A stretch of DNA of 64,000 nt from an uncultured Gammaproteobacteria bacterium (GTDB taxonomy: Bacteria; Patescibacteriota; Patescibacteriia; UBA11705; JABHMO01), in the NCBI GenBank assembly GCA_964486065.1, contig CAZAKN010000002.1:29452-93451 (forward strand). Reading direction: 5' to 3'. A model generated the notes under the pieces. It was not told the origin of the DNA. It saw only the letters and a program-made list of their open reading frames with translations, and ran no database searches. Shown here one piece after another: positions 39,478-49,356 of this stretch (positions are counted from its first letter, which is position 1; every line of letters begins with the position of its first letter). The position numbers and the translations under genes are program-made.

Positions 39478-40230
39478 ATGGCTATAAAAGAAAAATTTAA
39501 AAAAATAGTTAAAAAGAATAAAGTCGTTTACAAAAATATTCTTTTATTAAAATATTTTTTAAGTAAAAAGGGACCAATAAAAAGATGTGTTCATTATATT
39601 TTTCGAGGTCATTTCCTTTCGAAAATTATTACCAATAACTATATTAAAAAAAGTGAACCTATTAAAAAGCTTCAAGTGGGGGGCGGTTACCACACAAAAA
39701 GAGGTTGGCTAAATGCTGATATTTTATCAGGTGATATTTATCTTAACGCTACAAAAAAACACCCAATAAAAAGCCATTCCTTTAATTACATATTTTCAGA
39801 ACAATTCTTAGAACATCTAAACCTTAAAAATGGCAAATTTCATCTAAGTGAATGCTACAGAATACTTAAAGCAGGAGGAAAAATTAGAATAGCAACCCCT
39901 GATCTTGATAAGCTTATATCTCTATACAATAAGGAAAATAGTTTTTGCACACAAGAAGATGCTGTCAAAAGACATTTTAAAGATACTGGTGGTAATCACG
40001 ATTTTTCTGAATTTTTCAACGACATGTTTCACTCATGGGGACATAAATTTATATATAATTTACAAACACTAGGAAAAGTTCTAGAAAGCTCTGGTTTTAA
40101 AAATGTTAAAAGAGTTAATTTTGGAGAATCGACTGACAAAAATTTAAAAAATTTAGAACGACATGCTGATATTGGATGGATGAAAAATGCATATTCGTTG
40201 ATAATCGAAGCAGAAAAACAAAATATATGA
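39478..40230 (+). CDS. class I SAM-dependent methyltransferase
   Basis: KLQVGGG...GWLNAD, FLEHL, ECYRILKAGGKIRIATPD. Confidence 0.85.
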   Translation: MAIKEKFKKIVKKNKVVYKNILLLKYFLSKKGPIKRCVHYIFRGHFLSKIITNNYIKKSEPIKKLQVGGGYHTKRGWLNADILSGDIYLNATKKHPIKSHSFNYIFSEQFLEHLNLKNGKFHLSECYRILKAGGKIRIATPDLDKLISLYNKENSFCTQEDAVKRHFKDTGGNHDFSEFFNDMFHSWGHKFIYNLQTLGKVLESSGFKNVKRVNFGESTDKNLKNLERHADIGWMKNAYSLIIEAEKQNI

Positions 40231-41024
40231 AAAAAATAAGTGTAAATATTACAACCTACAACAGAGCTCATCTACTACCTCGATGTTTAAATTCAATCAT
40301 AAGCCAATCATATAAAAACATTGAAATAATAATTGTTGATGACGCATCAAAAGATAATACAGCAAAAATTATTAAAGATTTTATAAATAAAAATAATATT
40401 GAAACAAAATATTTTAAACATCAAAAAAACATGGGGAATGCAGTCGCTAGAAATACAGCTCTAAAAAACTCGACTGGATATTACATAGCATTTATGGATG
40501 ATGATGATGAATGGTGTGATCTTGAAAAATGTGCCAAACAAGCAAAAATTCTTGAAAATAGTGATGATAATTTAGCGGCAGTCTGCGGTGAAATAATAAG
40601 AGTAAATAATAAAAAAGAAAAAAGAAGAGAAGAAATAATAGAACCTAAAAATCTAATAAAACATCTTTTAAAAAAGAATGGGATTATTCATTCCTCGACT
40701 GTAATGTTTAAAAAAAACATATTTGATCAGATAGGTTATTTCGATGAAAAAATGTTTCGTGGAGTAGATAGTGATATCTATAGAAGAATTATCCTCGCTG
40801 GATATAATGTAAAAATAATACACGAGCCGCTTGCTGTATACTATGAAAATGTCCAAAATAGAATGACCACAAAAGAAAGTAAAGGTAAGATAATGAGTCA
40901 CATTTTTAGTCAAGTCAGAGTCATAAAAAAACACTGGAAAATTTTTATTACCTCACCAACAACACTTTTTTATAGGCTTTTTTTAATAACTAAATTGCTA
41001 TTACTGACAATTAAAACAAAATAA
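40227..41024 (+). CDS. GT2 glycosyltransferase
   Basis: ISVNITTYNR, VDDASKD, ARNTAL, AFMDDDD; likely start ATG 40227. Confidence 0.9.
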   Translation: MKKISVNITTYNRAHLLPRCLNSIISQSYKNIEIIIVDDASKDNTAKIIKDFINKNNIETKYFKHQKNMGNAVARNTALKNSTGYYIAFMDDDDEWCDLEKCAKQAKILENSDDNLAAVCGEIIRVNNKKEKRREEIIEPKNLIKHLLKKNGIIHSSTVMFKKNIFDQIGYFDEKMFRGVDSDIYRRIILAGYNVKIIHEPLAVYYENVQNRMTTKESKGKIMSHIFSQVRVIKKHWKIFITSPTTLFYRLFLITKLLLLTIKTK

Positions 41025-41028
41025 AAAA

Positions 41029-41810
41029 TATCCAAACAATTCAAGAGGAACAATACTCTCTTCCTTATCATTATATTCCTCAATACAACTCAAATTTTGC
41101 CAAACCCTAAACTGGTCTTGAAACATAAATTATGCAAGTGCGCTGGAGTTTATTTTGAATGAATTGAAAGAAATTGAATTTTAATTATTGCCGACTTGGG
41201 AACCAGGGATGGAAGACTGGCAAGAGAGATAAAAAAAACATGGGGAATGCAGTAGCTATAAATACAGCTCTAAAAAATTCTACAGGATATTACATAGCTT
41301 TTATGGATGATGATGATGAATGGATAGATAAAAAAAAACTTGAAAAACAAGTAAAAATATTTGAATCTTTCCCAGAAAAATTTGGCATCATATGCACTTC
41401 CGTAAATAGAGATAAAGATATTCATAAAAAAGTTGTAATGCACCCAAAGAATTTCAAAAAACATCTACTTGAAAAAAATGGCAAAATATACAGTCCAACG
41501 GTTCTAACAAAAAAAACGATATTAAATAAACTAAATGGATTTGACGAAAAAATCAAAAAAGGCGTAGATAGCGATTTTTATAGAAACTGAGTATTGAATT
41601 ACAACTACGATCTTTATTTTATGGGGGATATCACAACTTCCATACATGAATATGGAAACGACAGAATGACTAATATTTCAAGTTTTAAACAAAAAAATCA
41701 ATGTATGTTCACACTGTTATGTCATATATAAATACTTTAAACACTTTATCAATAACCCAATGTGCTTGTTATACAGAATGAAGGCAATCATTTTAATAGC
41801 TCTAAAATAG
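41029..41810 (+). pseudogene. chimeric pseudogene: decayed methyltransferase 5' end fused to decayed GT2 3' part
   Basis: 41040-41230 reads IQEEQYSLPYHYIP...NYASALEFILN...DLGTRDGRLAREI with stops/shifts (paralog of 41818); 41231-41810 parallels the 40227 GT2 with TGA at 41588 and a later frameshift. Confidence 0.8.
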
Positions 41811-41817
41811 TACAATT

Positions 41818-42561
41818 ATGATAAATCAGACTCAACTAATACAAGAAGAGGAATATTCATTCCCCTACCACTACATACCAGAATACAAAAACTTTACTCA
41901 ATCTCATAATTGGACATGGGGTATAAACTATATTGCCGCTATTGAACTTATCTTAAATAAAGTAAAAGAGGTACAAGTTGATTCAATTATAGATATAGGC
42001 TGTGGTGACGGCAGGCTCACTAGAGAAATATTTAAAAATATTAATGATAATGTGATAGGCATTGATTATTCAAGTAAAGCTATAAATATAGCTAAATCAC
42101 TAAACCCAAACATCGATTTTATAAACAAAGATATTAGTAAAGATTCATTAAACAATAAATACGATTTAGCAGTAATGATCGAAGTTTTTGAGCACATCCC
42201 TATAGATCAATGTGAAAATTTTATTAAGGGAATATCAAACATTATAAACCCTAATGGCGCATTATTGTTAACAGTTCCGCACAAAAACAAGCCACTTCAG
42301 GATAAGCACTTTCAACACTTTGATTCAGATTTAATAAACAATTATTTTGAAAAATATTTTGAAATAGAAGAATTAATATTTTTTGACAAAAAAACAAAAC
42401 TCACAAAAGTATTAAAGATAGTATTAAGCAATAAGCTATATATTTTAAATAATCAAAAGTTGAAAAATATTATTTATAAAACATTTAAAAATCATTGTTT
42501 TGAAACAAGCGAAGATAGATGTTTACGACTATTTGCTAAATTAAAACGAAAAAATGACTAA
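41818..42561 (+). CDS. class I SAM-dependent methyltransferase
   Basis: IIDIGCGDGRL, GIDYS, EVFEHI, LLLTVP. Confidence 0.9.
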   Translation: MINQTQLIQEEEYSFPYHYIPEYKNFTQSHNWTWGINYIAAIELILNKVKEVQVDSIIDIGCGDGRLTREIFKNINDNVIGIDYSSKAINIAKSLNPNIDFINKDISKDSLNNKYDLAVMIEVFEHIPIDQCENFIKGISNIINPNGALLLTVPHKNKPLQDKHFQHFDSDLINNYFEKYFEIEELIFFDKKTKLTKVLKIVLSNKLYILNNQKLKNIIYKTFKNHCFETSEDRCLRLFAKLKRKND

Positions 42562-43462
42562 ACCATTAGTTACAATCTGCGTTACAACATATAACAGAAA
42601 AAACCTACTCCCACTAACTGTAGAGTCTGTTTTAAAGCAAAACTATAGCAACTTTGAGCTACTTATAATTGATGATTTCTCTACCGACGGAACACAGTAC
42701 ATTGCCGCAGAGCTAGAAACAAAAGATAAAAGAATAAAATATATAAGACATAAAAAAAATAATGGCTTAGCGGCAGCAAGAAATACAGCCATATTTAATG
42801 CAAAAGGTAAATATTTTACATTTATAGATGATGATGATATCTGGAAACAAAATTTTATAAAGGAATTTGTAAAATTAGCAGAAAAATATGATGAAAACTG
42901 GTGTTTTTGTTGTGGCAGTAAAGACAATAATACAGAAAAAATACCAAAAATGGAAGGTCTTTTAAGTTATTATATAAAACAAGGCTTTACACCGCCAGTT
43001 GCATCTCAGTTCTATTTCACAAAATCACTTAGAGAAATAAATGGATACAATGAAAAAATAAAAAGCGGCGTTGATCATGATCTTTGGCTTAAATTATCAT
43101 TTGTTGGCACAAAAATAAAGTCTGTGGAAAAAGTCTTGGCCATACCCAATATCGATGAAAATGCGGATAGAATGACAACAAATTATAAAAAAAGAATCAC
43201 AAAAATAAAACAATCTTTTGATATATGGCAAGATGATATCGTAGAATACTATGGCAAAGATTTTTTAAAACATTTTAAAACGTGTTATTATCACACAATA
43301 TATAAAAAATTTATCAAAAACAACTTACATAATCATAATATTTTAAACGTTTTCAAGCTATTCTTGGACTGTCCCCAAAAAATAAAATTCTTAATCTTCA
43401 TTCTCAAAAAAACAAAAAACTATAACATCGTTCAACCTACATTTCCACCTTACACCAAATAA
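42554..43462 (+). CDS. GT2 glycosyltransferase
   Basis: VTICVTTYNR, IDDFSTDGT, AARNTAI, FIDDDD. Confidence 0.9.
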   Translation: MTKPLVTICVTTYNRKNLLPLTVESVLKQNYSNFELLIIDDFSTDGTQYIAAELETKDKRIKYIRHKKNNGLAAARNTAIFNAKGKYFTFIDDDDIWKQNFIKEFVKLAEKYDENWCFCCGSKDNNTEKIPKMEGLLSYYIKQGFTPPVASQFYFTKSLREINGYNEKIKSGVDHDLWLKLSFVGTKIKSVEKVLAIPNIDENADRMTTNYKKRITKIKQSFDIWQDDIVEYYGKDFLKHFKTCYYHTIYKKFIKNNLHNHNILNVFKLFLDCPQKIKFLIFILKKTKNYNIVQPTFPPYTK

Positions 43463-43488
43463 AAGACTCGCCCAATGGCGAGTCTTTT
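43461..43488. terminator. bidirectional terminator between convergent halves of the glycan locus
   Basis: AAAAGACTCGCC-CAAT-GGCGAGTCTTTT. Confidence 0.88.
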
Positions 43489-44281
43489 ATCTACTACTAT
43501 TATTTCTATATTTTTTAATCTTGTTTAATAATTTTGCAAAAAACAGTTCCACCGCATTCAAATACCTCTTCTGAACAATATTATAATTATTCATATTTTC
43601 ATTTATATTACTCTTGCTCGATGATTGTGCACCTGATCTAATGCAATAATTACAAATAATTCTTTTATAAAAAAACCACTTAGTTTTTTTTCTAATTCTA
43701 ATCCATAGATCTGGATCCATTTTTGAATTTAAGCTTTCATCAAACATTCCAAATTTTTCAAATACTTCCTTTTTTATAAATACAGATTGATGAGGAATAA
43801 ACTGTATAAATTTAATTAAGTACTTGCCTACTATACTTTTATAATTATGAAAATGAAGCCATGGTTTATTAGGGTAAACTAAAAAATTATTTCCATTTTC
43901 TTCAACAACATTTGCAAGACCATATATCCAATCAGGATATTTTTTTTTCTTTAAAAACAAAAAAACATCTTCCAAAACATTGTTATCATAAAAACTATCA
44001 TCTGAGTGCATATGAATAAGATAATCACCTGATGCATACTTTATGCCATTATTCATCGCATTAGATATCCCCTTTGCTGGAAATGAATAAACTTTAACTT
44101 TATCAGGAAATTGCTCTCTATATTTATCAATAATTTTTCTAGTATCGTCTTGAGAATTAGCGTCAATAAATATATGCTCCCAATTATTATATAATTGCTT
44201 TTTAATGCTTAGAATATTTTTTTGTAAAAATTTTTCGCTATTATAGGTACATGTAATAATAGAAAATTTCATATTATTCAT
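43487..44281 (-). CDS. GT2 glycosyltransferase (WcaE-like)
   Basis: FSIITCTYN, IDANSQD, GISNAMNNGI, MHSDD, PHQSVF. Confidence 0.9.
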   Translation of the reverse strand: MNNMKFSIITCTYNSEKFLQKNILSIKKQLYNNWEHIFIDANSQDDTRKIIDKYREQFPDKVKVYSFPAKGISNAMNNGIKYASGDYLIHMHSDDSFYDNNVLEDVFLFLKKKKYPDWIYGLANVVEENGNNFLVYPNKPWLHFHNYKSIVGKYLIKFIQFIPHQSVFIKKEVFEKFGMFDESLNSKMDPDLWIRIRKKTKWFFYKRIICNYCIRSGAQSSSKSNINENMNNYNIVQKRYLNAVELFFAKLLNKIKKYRNNSSR

Positions 44282-44283
44282 AA

Positions 44284-45180
44284 CTATTTTGTATAAAGCC
44301 CTTTAATCATACCCAAAGATTTAGCAAATTTAAATGTTAAAACCTGCCTTAATGTCCACCCAAACCAAGACCAAAAAAATATTATTTTATTTGCAATATT
44401 TTGTTTGCAATATTCTCTAAACATAAATTTTCTATTTCTAGTTTCTTTAATTCCTGCTAAAAAAGCTTTTTCTCTACCAGAACTACTATGCTTATGTTCT
44501 ACTTTTGAATTTGGATCAATTAAAAAATAATATCCTTTCTGTTTTGCTTTTATACTAAATTCAGGATCTATCAAGCCTGTTCTTCCATGTGCAAATACGG
44601 TAAAACCAAGCTCTTGAGTCTTCTTTTTATCATACGCACAAACACCACCATGCATATAATAACCTTTAGTCAATTCTTTAATTCCATTGTCCCACACTTG
44701 AAATCCCCTATCATTTACATCCCATTTAACTTTTGATTCAAGAGCAAATATTAAATTGTATATTTTTTCAAATAACCTTTTCTCTCTATTATTTGTTATA
44801 ATTCCTCCTACACCAATCAAATTTTTATCTTTATTATTATTCCAAATTTTCATTATATTTAAAAAATAATCTTTTTCTAATATCAAATCATCATCTAAAA
44901 TAAAAACTACCTCACTTCGCGCCTTATCAACCCCTATATTTCTAGAGCTAGTACAGCCCTGAAATTCATCTTCTTTTGAGTGATCTTTTTTGTAATATAC
45001 AAATTCGACTCCTAATTCTACAAACTTATCCATCCATTTTTTAATATAGCTAATTTCCAAAGCATCATCATCAATCAAAATAATTTCATATGGCAATAAT
45101 GATTGTTTTATTGCACTATCAAAAAATCGTTCTAAATCATTCTCCCTTTTATATGTTGGAATTACTATTGAAAATCTCAT
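44284..45180 (-). CDS. GT2 glycosyltransferase
   Basis: FSIVIPTYKR, SRNIGV, ILDDD. Confidence 0.9.
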   Translation of the reverse strand: MRFSIVIPTYKRENDLERFFDSAIKQSLLPYEIILIDDDALEISYIKKWMDKFVELGVEFVYYKKDHSKEDEFQGCTSSRNIGVDKARSEVVFILDDDLILEKDYFLNIMKIWNNNKDKNLIGVGGIITNNREKRLFEKIYNLIFALESKVKWDVNDRGFQVWDNGIKELTKGYYMHGGVCAYDKKKTQELGFTVFAHGRTGLIDPEFSIKAKQKGYYFLIDPNSKVEHKHSSSGREKAFLAGIKETRNRKFMFREYCKQNIANKIIFFWSWFGWTLRQVLTFKFAKSLGMIKGLYTK

Positions 45181-45198
45181 AAATTTATATATAACCCC

Positions 45199-46080
45199 CT
45201 ATTTTATTTCATCTTTCAACTTATACTCATTTTCTTTTATTACTTCTTCACCATAAACACCCCTCAATAAATTTACATCTTTTCTACTTTTTATCAACAA
45301 TTCATTATTCTTTCTTTCTATAGATTTTAAAACCTTTAATCCTATTTCATCACCCACATATTTTTCATACACTCTAAAAAACGCATGAAAATCTTTAATA
45401 AAACAATGTCCTCCTGCACCTCGACCACTTTTATGCACGGGATCCAAATGACTTTTTCCAATCCGGGGATCAGCCGAAACAGCTTCTTTTATCTTTGCCC
45501 AATCAAGCCCTCTTCTATCAACTAAATCATAAAAAATATTTGCAAATACAACTTTTACATAAAACCAACAATTGCCGAAATATTTCACCATTTCAGCTTC
45601 TTCCGCTTTCATTATTTTATTAAAATTGGCTTTGGGGAGAACCTGCAACACTTCTTTTGCTTTGTTTTGATAAGTTTCATTCATTACCGGCAAACCAATT
45701 ATATTTCTATCCGGATTGGCGGCATCATAAGCTGCCGTAACCTCTGACAAAAACTCTGGCGAATGCAACACAAAAATATCAGGGTTCTCTTCTTGTATGG
45801 AAAAAGTTGTTCTCGGAACTATGGTGGATTTTATAATTACTATTTTACCAGGTCCAACTAATTTAACTGCTCCTCTAACAATACTATCATCAAAACCCTT
45901 GGGAGTAGAAGGTGTGGGCACAGCAATAAAGACCATGTCGCAATCTTTTATTTTTTCTTTATTTTGCACATAAGGTTCTTCCAAGGCATAACGAACTACT
46001 TCAAATCCTCTTTGTTCAAAATTATCCGCATAATTTTTACCGATCCAGCCTTGACCGATAAAACCAATTTTTTGTTTCAT
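45199..46080 (-). CDS. UDP-glucose/GDP-mannose dehydrogenase family protein (short form)
   Basis: GFIGQGWIG, IAVPTP, IKSTIVP, SPEFL, AEMVKY, DPRIG, GGHCFIKD; likely start ATG 46080. Confidence 0.88.
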   Translation of the reverse strand: MKQKIGFIGQGWIGKNYADNFEQRGFEVVRYALEEPYVQNKEKIKDCDMVFIAVPTPSTPKGFDDSIVRGAVKLVGPGKIVIIKSTIVPRTTFSIQEENPDIFVLHSPEFLSEVTAAYDAANPDRNIIGLPVMNETYQNKAKEVLQVLPKANFNKIMKAEEAEMVKYFGNCWFYVKVVFANIFYDLVDRRGLDWAKIKEAVSADPRIGKSHLDPVHKSGRGAGGHCFIKDFHAFFRVYEKYVGDEIGLKVLKSIERKNNELLIKSRKDVNLLRGVYGEEVIKENEYKLKDEIK

Positions 46081-46227
46081 ATATTTACTCTTAATAATTA
46101 TCACTATTTCCCAATTTTAGTATCAAATTAATTATTACATGATTTTTGTTACCAACATCCCAAACGGTTTACTACGCTTTATGCTGCGCGACTTTTTCAA
46201 CACGGTTAATTCATTCTTTTTTCCTCT

Positions 46228-47601
46228 TTACATCCCCTCTCTGCTCAACACAATGCGCACTGTCCGCAAAAGAATCATCATGTAAAGCAACATGGAACGA
46301 TTTTTTATGTAAAACAAATCATGTTGTAATTTTTCCAAAGTATCTTCAGTGGTATTACCGTAACGATATTTAACTTGCGCCCAACCGGTTAAACCGGGTT
46401 TAACCAAATGACGACGAGTGTAAAAAGGAATTTGTTCTTTTAATTGAGCAACAAACTCCGGTCTTTCAGGCCGCGGTCCCACCAAGCTCATTTGCCCTTT
46501 TAAAACATTAATCAATTGCGGAATCTCATCAAGTCTGGTTTTTCTCAAAAATCCGCCCACCCGAGTGATTCTCGGATCATTTTCTTTTGCCCAGACAGCG
46601 CCACTATCCTTTTCCGCGTCTTGCGTCATGGTGCGAAATTTATACAAAGTAAACGGTTTACCATGTTGTCCGATTCTGGTTTGAGAATAAATTATCTTGC
46701 CTCTGGAATTAAGTTTTATGGCCAAGGCCACCAAAGGGGAAAATGGCAAAAATAATATTAACATCCAAAAAGCGGCTACTCCGTCAATAATTTGTTTTAA
46801 ATTTTCAAAACCGTATTTGCCCGCGTGGATATGAGACAAAAACCAAGTTTGATCAATATATTCCACCGGAACCTTACCGGTCGCTTGTTCGTAAAATCGC
46901 GGTAAATCAACCACGATTATACCCGCGTACAAAATTTCCGCCAATTTATCCGTTACCGAAGAATACTTATGATAATCAAAAAAAGTTACCACTTCATTTA
47001 TGCCATGTTCGGAAATTAATTTTTCCAAATCTCCAACCGAACCGAGCAAGGGGATTTTACTGTCAAAACCGGCTTGCGCTTGTCCCAAATTAACGAAACC
47101 AACAACTTCATATTCCAATTCACTGGGATGAATCAATTCATCCAATTTTTCAATTTTATTGATATCATCTCCGACCAACAATACTTTTGATTTTATAGCC
47201 GGTCGAAACAATTTATTCCAAGCGTATCGCCATAAACCGATTAAAACCAAAGATAAAACTCCGATCAGCACCAACAATAATCTCGGTGAAATGGACATGG
47301 AAATAAAATAGAATATGATAACCGAGATAATGTAATTAAGCAAAATGCCGGTTAGCAAATTGGAAAAAACAAAAGAAAGGCTTTTAATTTTTCGCAAATC
47401 ATACAAATCAAGTAAGTAAAACACCAAGAGCCAAAACAAAAAAACCACGGCGAATTGCTCATAATGACCTTCAAAGCAATATCTGACATTACCGGTCATC
47501 CAATAGCGGATCTTAAGAGCAATGTAAAGTGCGCCGAAAAGTAATATCAAATCAATTAACAGCAAGGTTATCTTGCGAAAATAATATTTACTTCTGAACA
47601 T
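46228..47601 (-). CDS. polyprenyl-phosphate priming sugar transferase (WcaJ/WbaP-like)
   Basis: N-terminal TMs, KFRTM, DPRITRVG, RLDEIPQL, MSLVGPRPE, KPGLTGWAQV. Confidence 0.93.
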   Translation of the reverse strand: MFRSKYYFRKITLLLIDLILLFGALYIALKIRYWMTGNVRYCFEGHYEQFAVVFLFWLLVFYLLDLYDLRKIKSLSFVFSNLLTGILLNYIISVIIFYFISMSISPRLLLVLIGVLSLVLIGLWRYAWNKLFRPAIKSKVLLVGDDINKIEKLDELIHPSELEYEVVGFVNLGQAQAGFDSKIPLLGSVGDLEKLISEHGINEVVTFFDYHKYSSVTDKLAEILYAGIIVVDLPRFYEQATGKVPVEYIDQTWFLSHIHAGKYGFENLKQIIDGVAAFWMLILFLPFSPLVALAIKLNSRGKIIYSQTRIGQHGKPFTLYKFRTMTQDAEKDSGAVWAKENDPRITRVGGFLRKTRLDEIPQLINVLKGQMSLVGPRPERPEFVAQLKEQIPFYTRRHLVKPGLTGWAQVKYRYGNTTEDTLEKLQHDLFYIKNRSMLLYMMILLRTVRIVLSREGM

Positions 47602-47721
47602 AAGCTTTCCGCTTATATTTTAGCAAATTTTAAGGAATATTTTAAGTGTATAAATCAAAGGATTTATTGTATAACTTTATTTAATTTTAGATAAAAATCA
47701 AACTGGAGACAAACTGAATAA

Positions 47722-47753
47722 AAACAAGGACGGGCTTCAGCCCGTCCTTGTTT
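47722..47753 (-). terminator. intrinsic terminator
   Basis: AAACAAGGACGGGC-TTCA-GCCCGTCCTTGTTT. Confidence 0.85.
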
Positions 47754-47764
47754 GAAATCTATAT

Positions 47765-48025
47765 TTAGTCGGTTAAATGTTTTGATACCAATTTGGTCAT
47801 TTCAAACATGGTAACTTCTTTTTTTCCGCCAAAAACTTTTTTCAATTTTTCATCTGCTAAAATGTTTCTTTTGTTTTTGGGATTTTGCAAATCATGCTTT
47901 TTGATGTACTCCCAAATTTTCTTAACTACATCCATTCTTGGCATAGGCCCTTTTCCCACTACCTCTTCTAATTCCGGAGAAAGATTCAATGGCTTTTTTA
48001 AAGCCGGATTTAATTTTCTTGGCAT
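47765..48025 (-). CDS. SWIB/MDM2-domain protein
   Basis: LSPELEEVVG...PRMDVVKKIWEYIKKHDLQNPKNKR.ILADEKL..VF....VTMFEMTKLVSKHL. Confidence 0.93.
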   Translation of the reverse strand: MPRKLNPALKKPLNLSPELEEVVGKGPMPRMDVVKKIWEYIKKHDLQNPKNKRNILADEKLKKVFGGKKEVTMFEMTKLVSKHLTD

Positions 48026-48101
48026 AATGTTTATAAGCCGTAACGGCGCATATCAGGTTTCAACAAATAAACTTGATATCACCTTAATGGCTTAATTAAT
48101 G

Positions 48102-49352
48102 TTACTTATCTTTGTCATTAACATTATACCAAAGATCAGCCAATCTTTCCAGAGCGGCAATAAAAGCGGCGGTACGCAAAGCAATTTTTTTTTCTTCGTG
48201 AATCTTCCAAATATTTTCCCAAGCCGGCACAATGATGCTTTTTAATTCTTGATTAACTTTATCAACCGGCCAATTTTCTTTTTCCAAATTTTGTTTCCAT
48301 TCAAAATAACTAACCGTAACTCCTCCGCTATTCGCCAAAACATCAGGCACTGTTTTTACTCCATTTTTAGCCAAAATTTCATCCGCTTCGGGAGCTATGG
48401 GACCATTAGCCAATTCAATGATAAATTTAGCTTTAATTTCCGACGCATTATCAGCGGTAATCTGATTCTCCAAAGCCGCCGGCACTAAAATATCCGCCGG
48501 CACTTGCAAAACTTGTTCATTACTCAAGGCTTCTGCCCCCCGAAAACCAGCTACCGAACCTGTGGATTTCTTATAATCAAAAAGTTGCTTTACATCCAAA
48601 CCTTGTGGATTATGAATTCCACCTCTTGAATCGGAAACAGCCACGACTTTATAACCCGCTTCCGAGCAAAGTTCCGCCATAATTGAACCGGCGTTGCCGA
48701 ATCCTTGAATCGCTATGGAAATATCTTGTTTATTTTTATCAATTTTTCCGGTTTCCACAGCGTTTTCCAAAATGTAAAATCCTCCCATGGCCGTAGCTTT
48801 ATCTCTACCCAAACTGCCTCCAGCTTCCACAGGTTTTCCCGTTACCACGGCTAAATCTTTTTCACCTGCAAATTCCGCGTAAGCTTCCACAATCCAATTC
48901 ATAATTTGTCCGTTGGTATAAACATCGGGAGCCGGAACATCAACTTGAGAACCTATATTAGGCGCCAATGCTTTGGTAAAATTTTGCGTTAATTGTTTAA
49001 GTTCAGCTTCTGACAACTCCTTCGGGTTAACCGTAATCCCCCCTTTACCGCCCCCCATGGGCAAACCGGCCACCGCGGTTTTGATTGTCATCCAAAAAGC
49101 CAAGGCTTTCACTTCAGCCAAGTCCACGGCAGGATAATATCGCAAACCGCCTTTATATGGCCCCGCCCAATTATTATATTGAACGCGATATCCTTGAAAA
49201 ATTTTCAAGGCTCCGTTGTCCATGCGTACCAGCACTTTCACTTCCAATACGCGATCGGGAATCCGCAAAAGTTCTTTAACTTCTTGATCCAAATCCATGA
49301 TACTCGCGGCTTTATCCAACTGACTCATGGCGTTTTCAAAAGGATTTTTCAT
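48102..49352 (-). CDS. gdhA: Glu/Leu/Phe/Val dehydrogenase (glutamate dehydrogenase)
   Basis: GPYKGGLRY, GGGKGG, DVPAPD, VTGKP, IQGFGNAG, ELANGP, ANSGGVTVSYFEW. Confidence 0.92.
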   Translation of the reverse strand: MKNPFENAMSQLDKAASIMDLDQEVKELLRIPDRVLEVKVLVRMDNGALKIFQGYRVQYNNWAGPYKGGLRYYPAVDLAEVKALAFWMTIKTAVAGLPMGGGKGGITVNPKELSEAELKQLTQNFTKALAPNIGSQVDVPAPDVYTNGQIMNWIVEAYAEFAGEKDLAVVTGKPVEAGGSLGRDKATAMGGFYILENAVETGKIDKNKQDISIAIQGFGNAGSIMAELCSEAGYKVVAVSDSRGGIHNPQGLDVKQLFDYKKSTGSVAGFRGAEALSNEQVLQVPADILVPAALENQITADNASEIKAKFIIELANGPIAPEADEILAKNGVKTVPDVLANSGGVTVSYFEWKQNLEKENWPVDKVNQELKSIIVPAWENIWKIHEEKKIALRTAAFIAALERLADLWYNVNDKDK

Positions 49353-49356
49353 ATAT

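Noticed and set aside
41588-41590. In-frame TGA suggesting genetic code 25 or selenocysteine
   Set aside because: It lies in a fragment with several other lesions. TGA ends intact genes here (e.g. leuS, 4588 GT2) and long core genes have no internal TGA.
46140-46225. ops/JUMPstart element in the glycan locus
   Set aside because: No GGCGGTAG core on either strand
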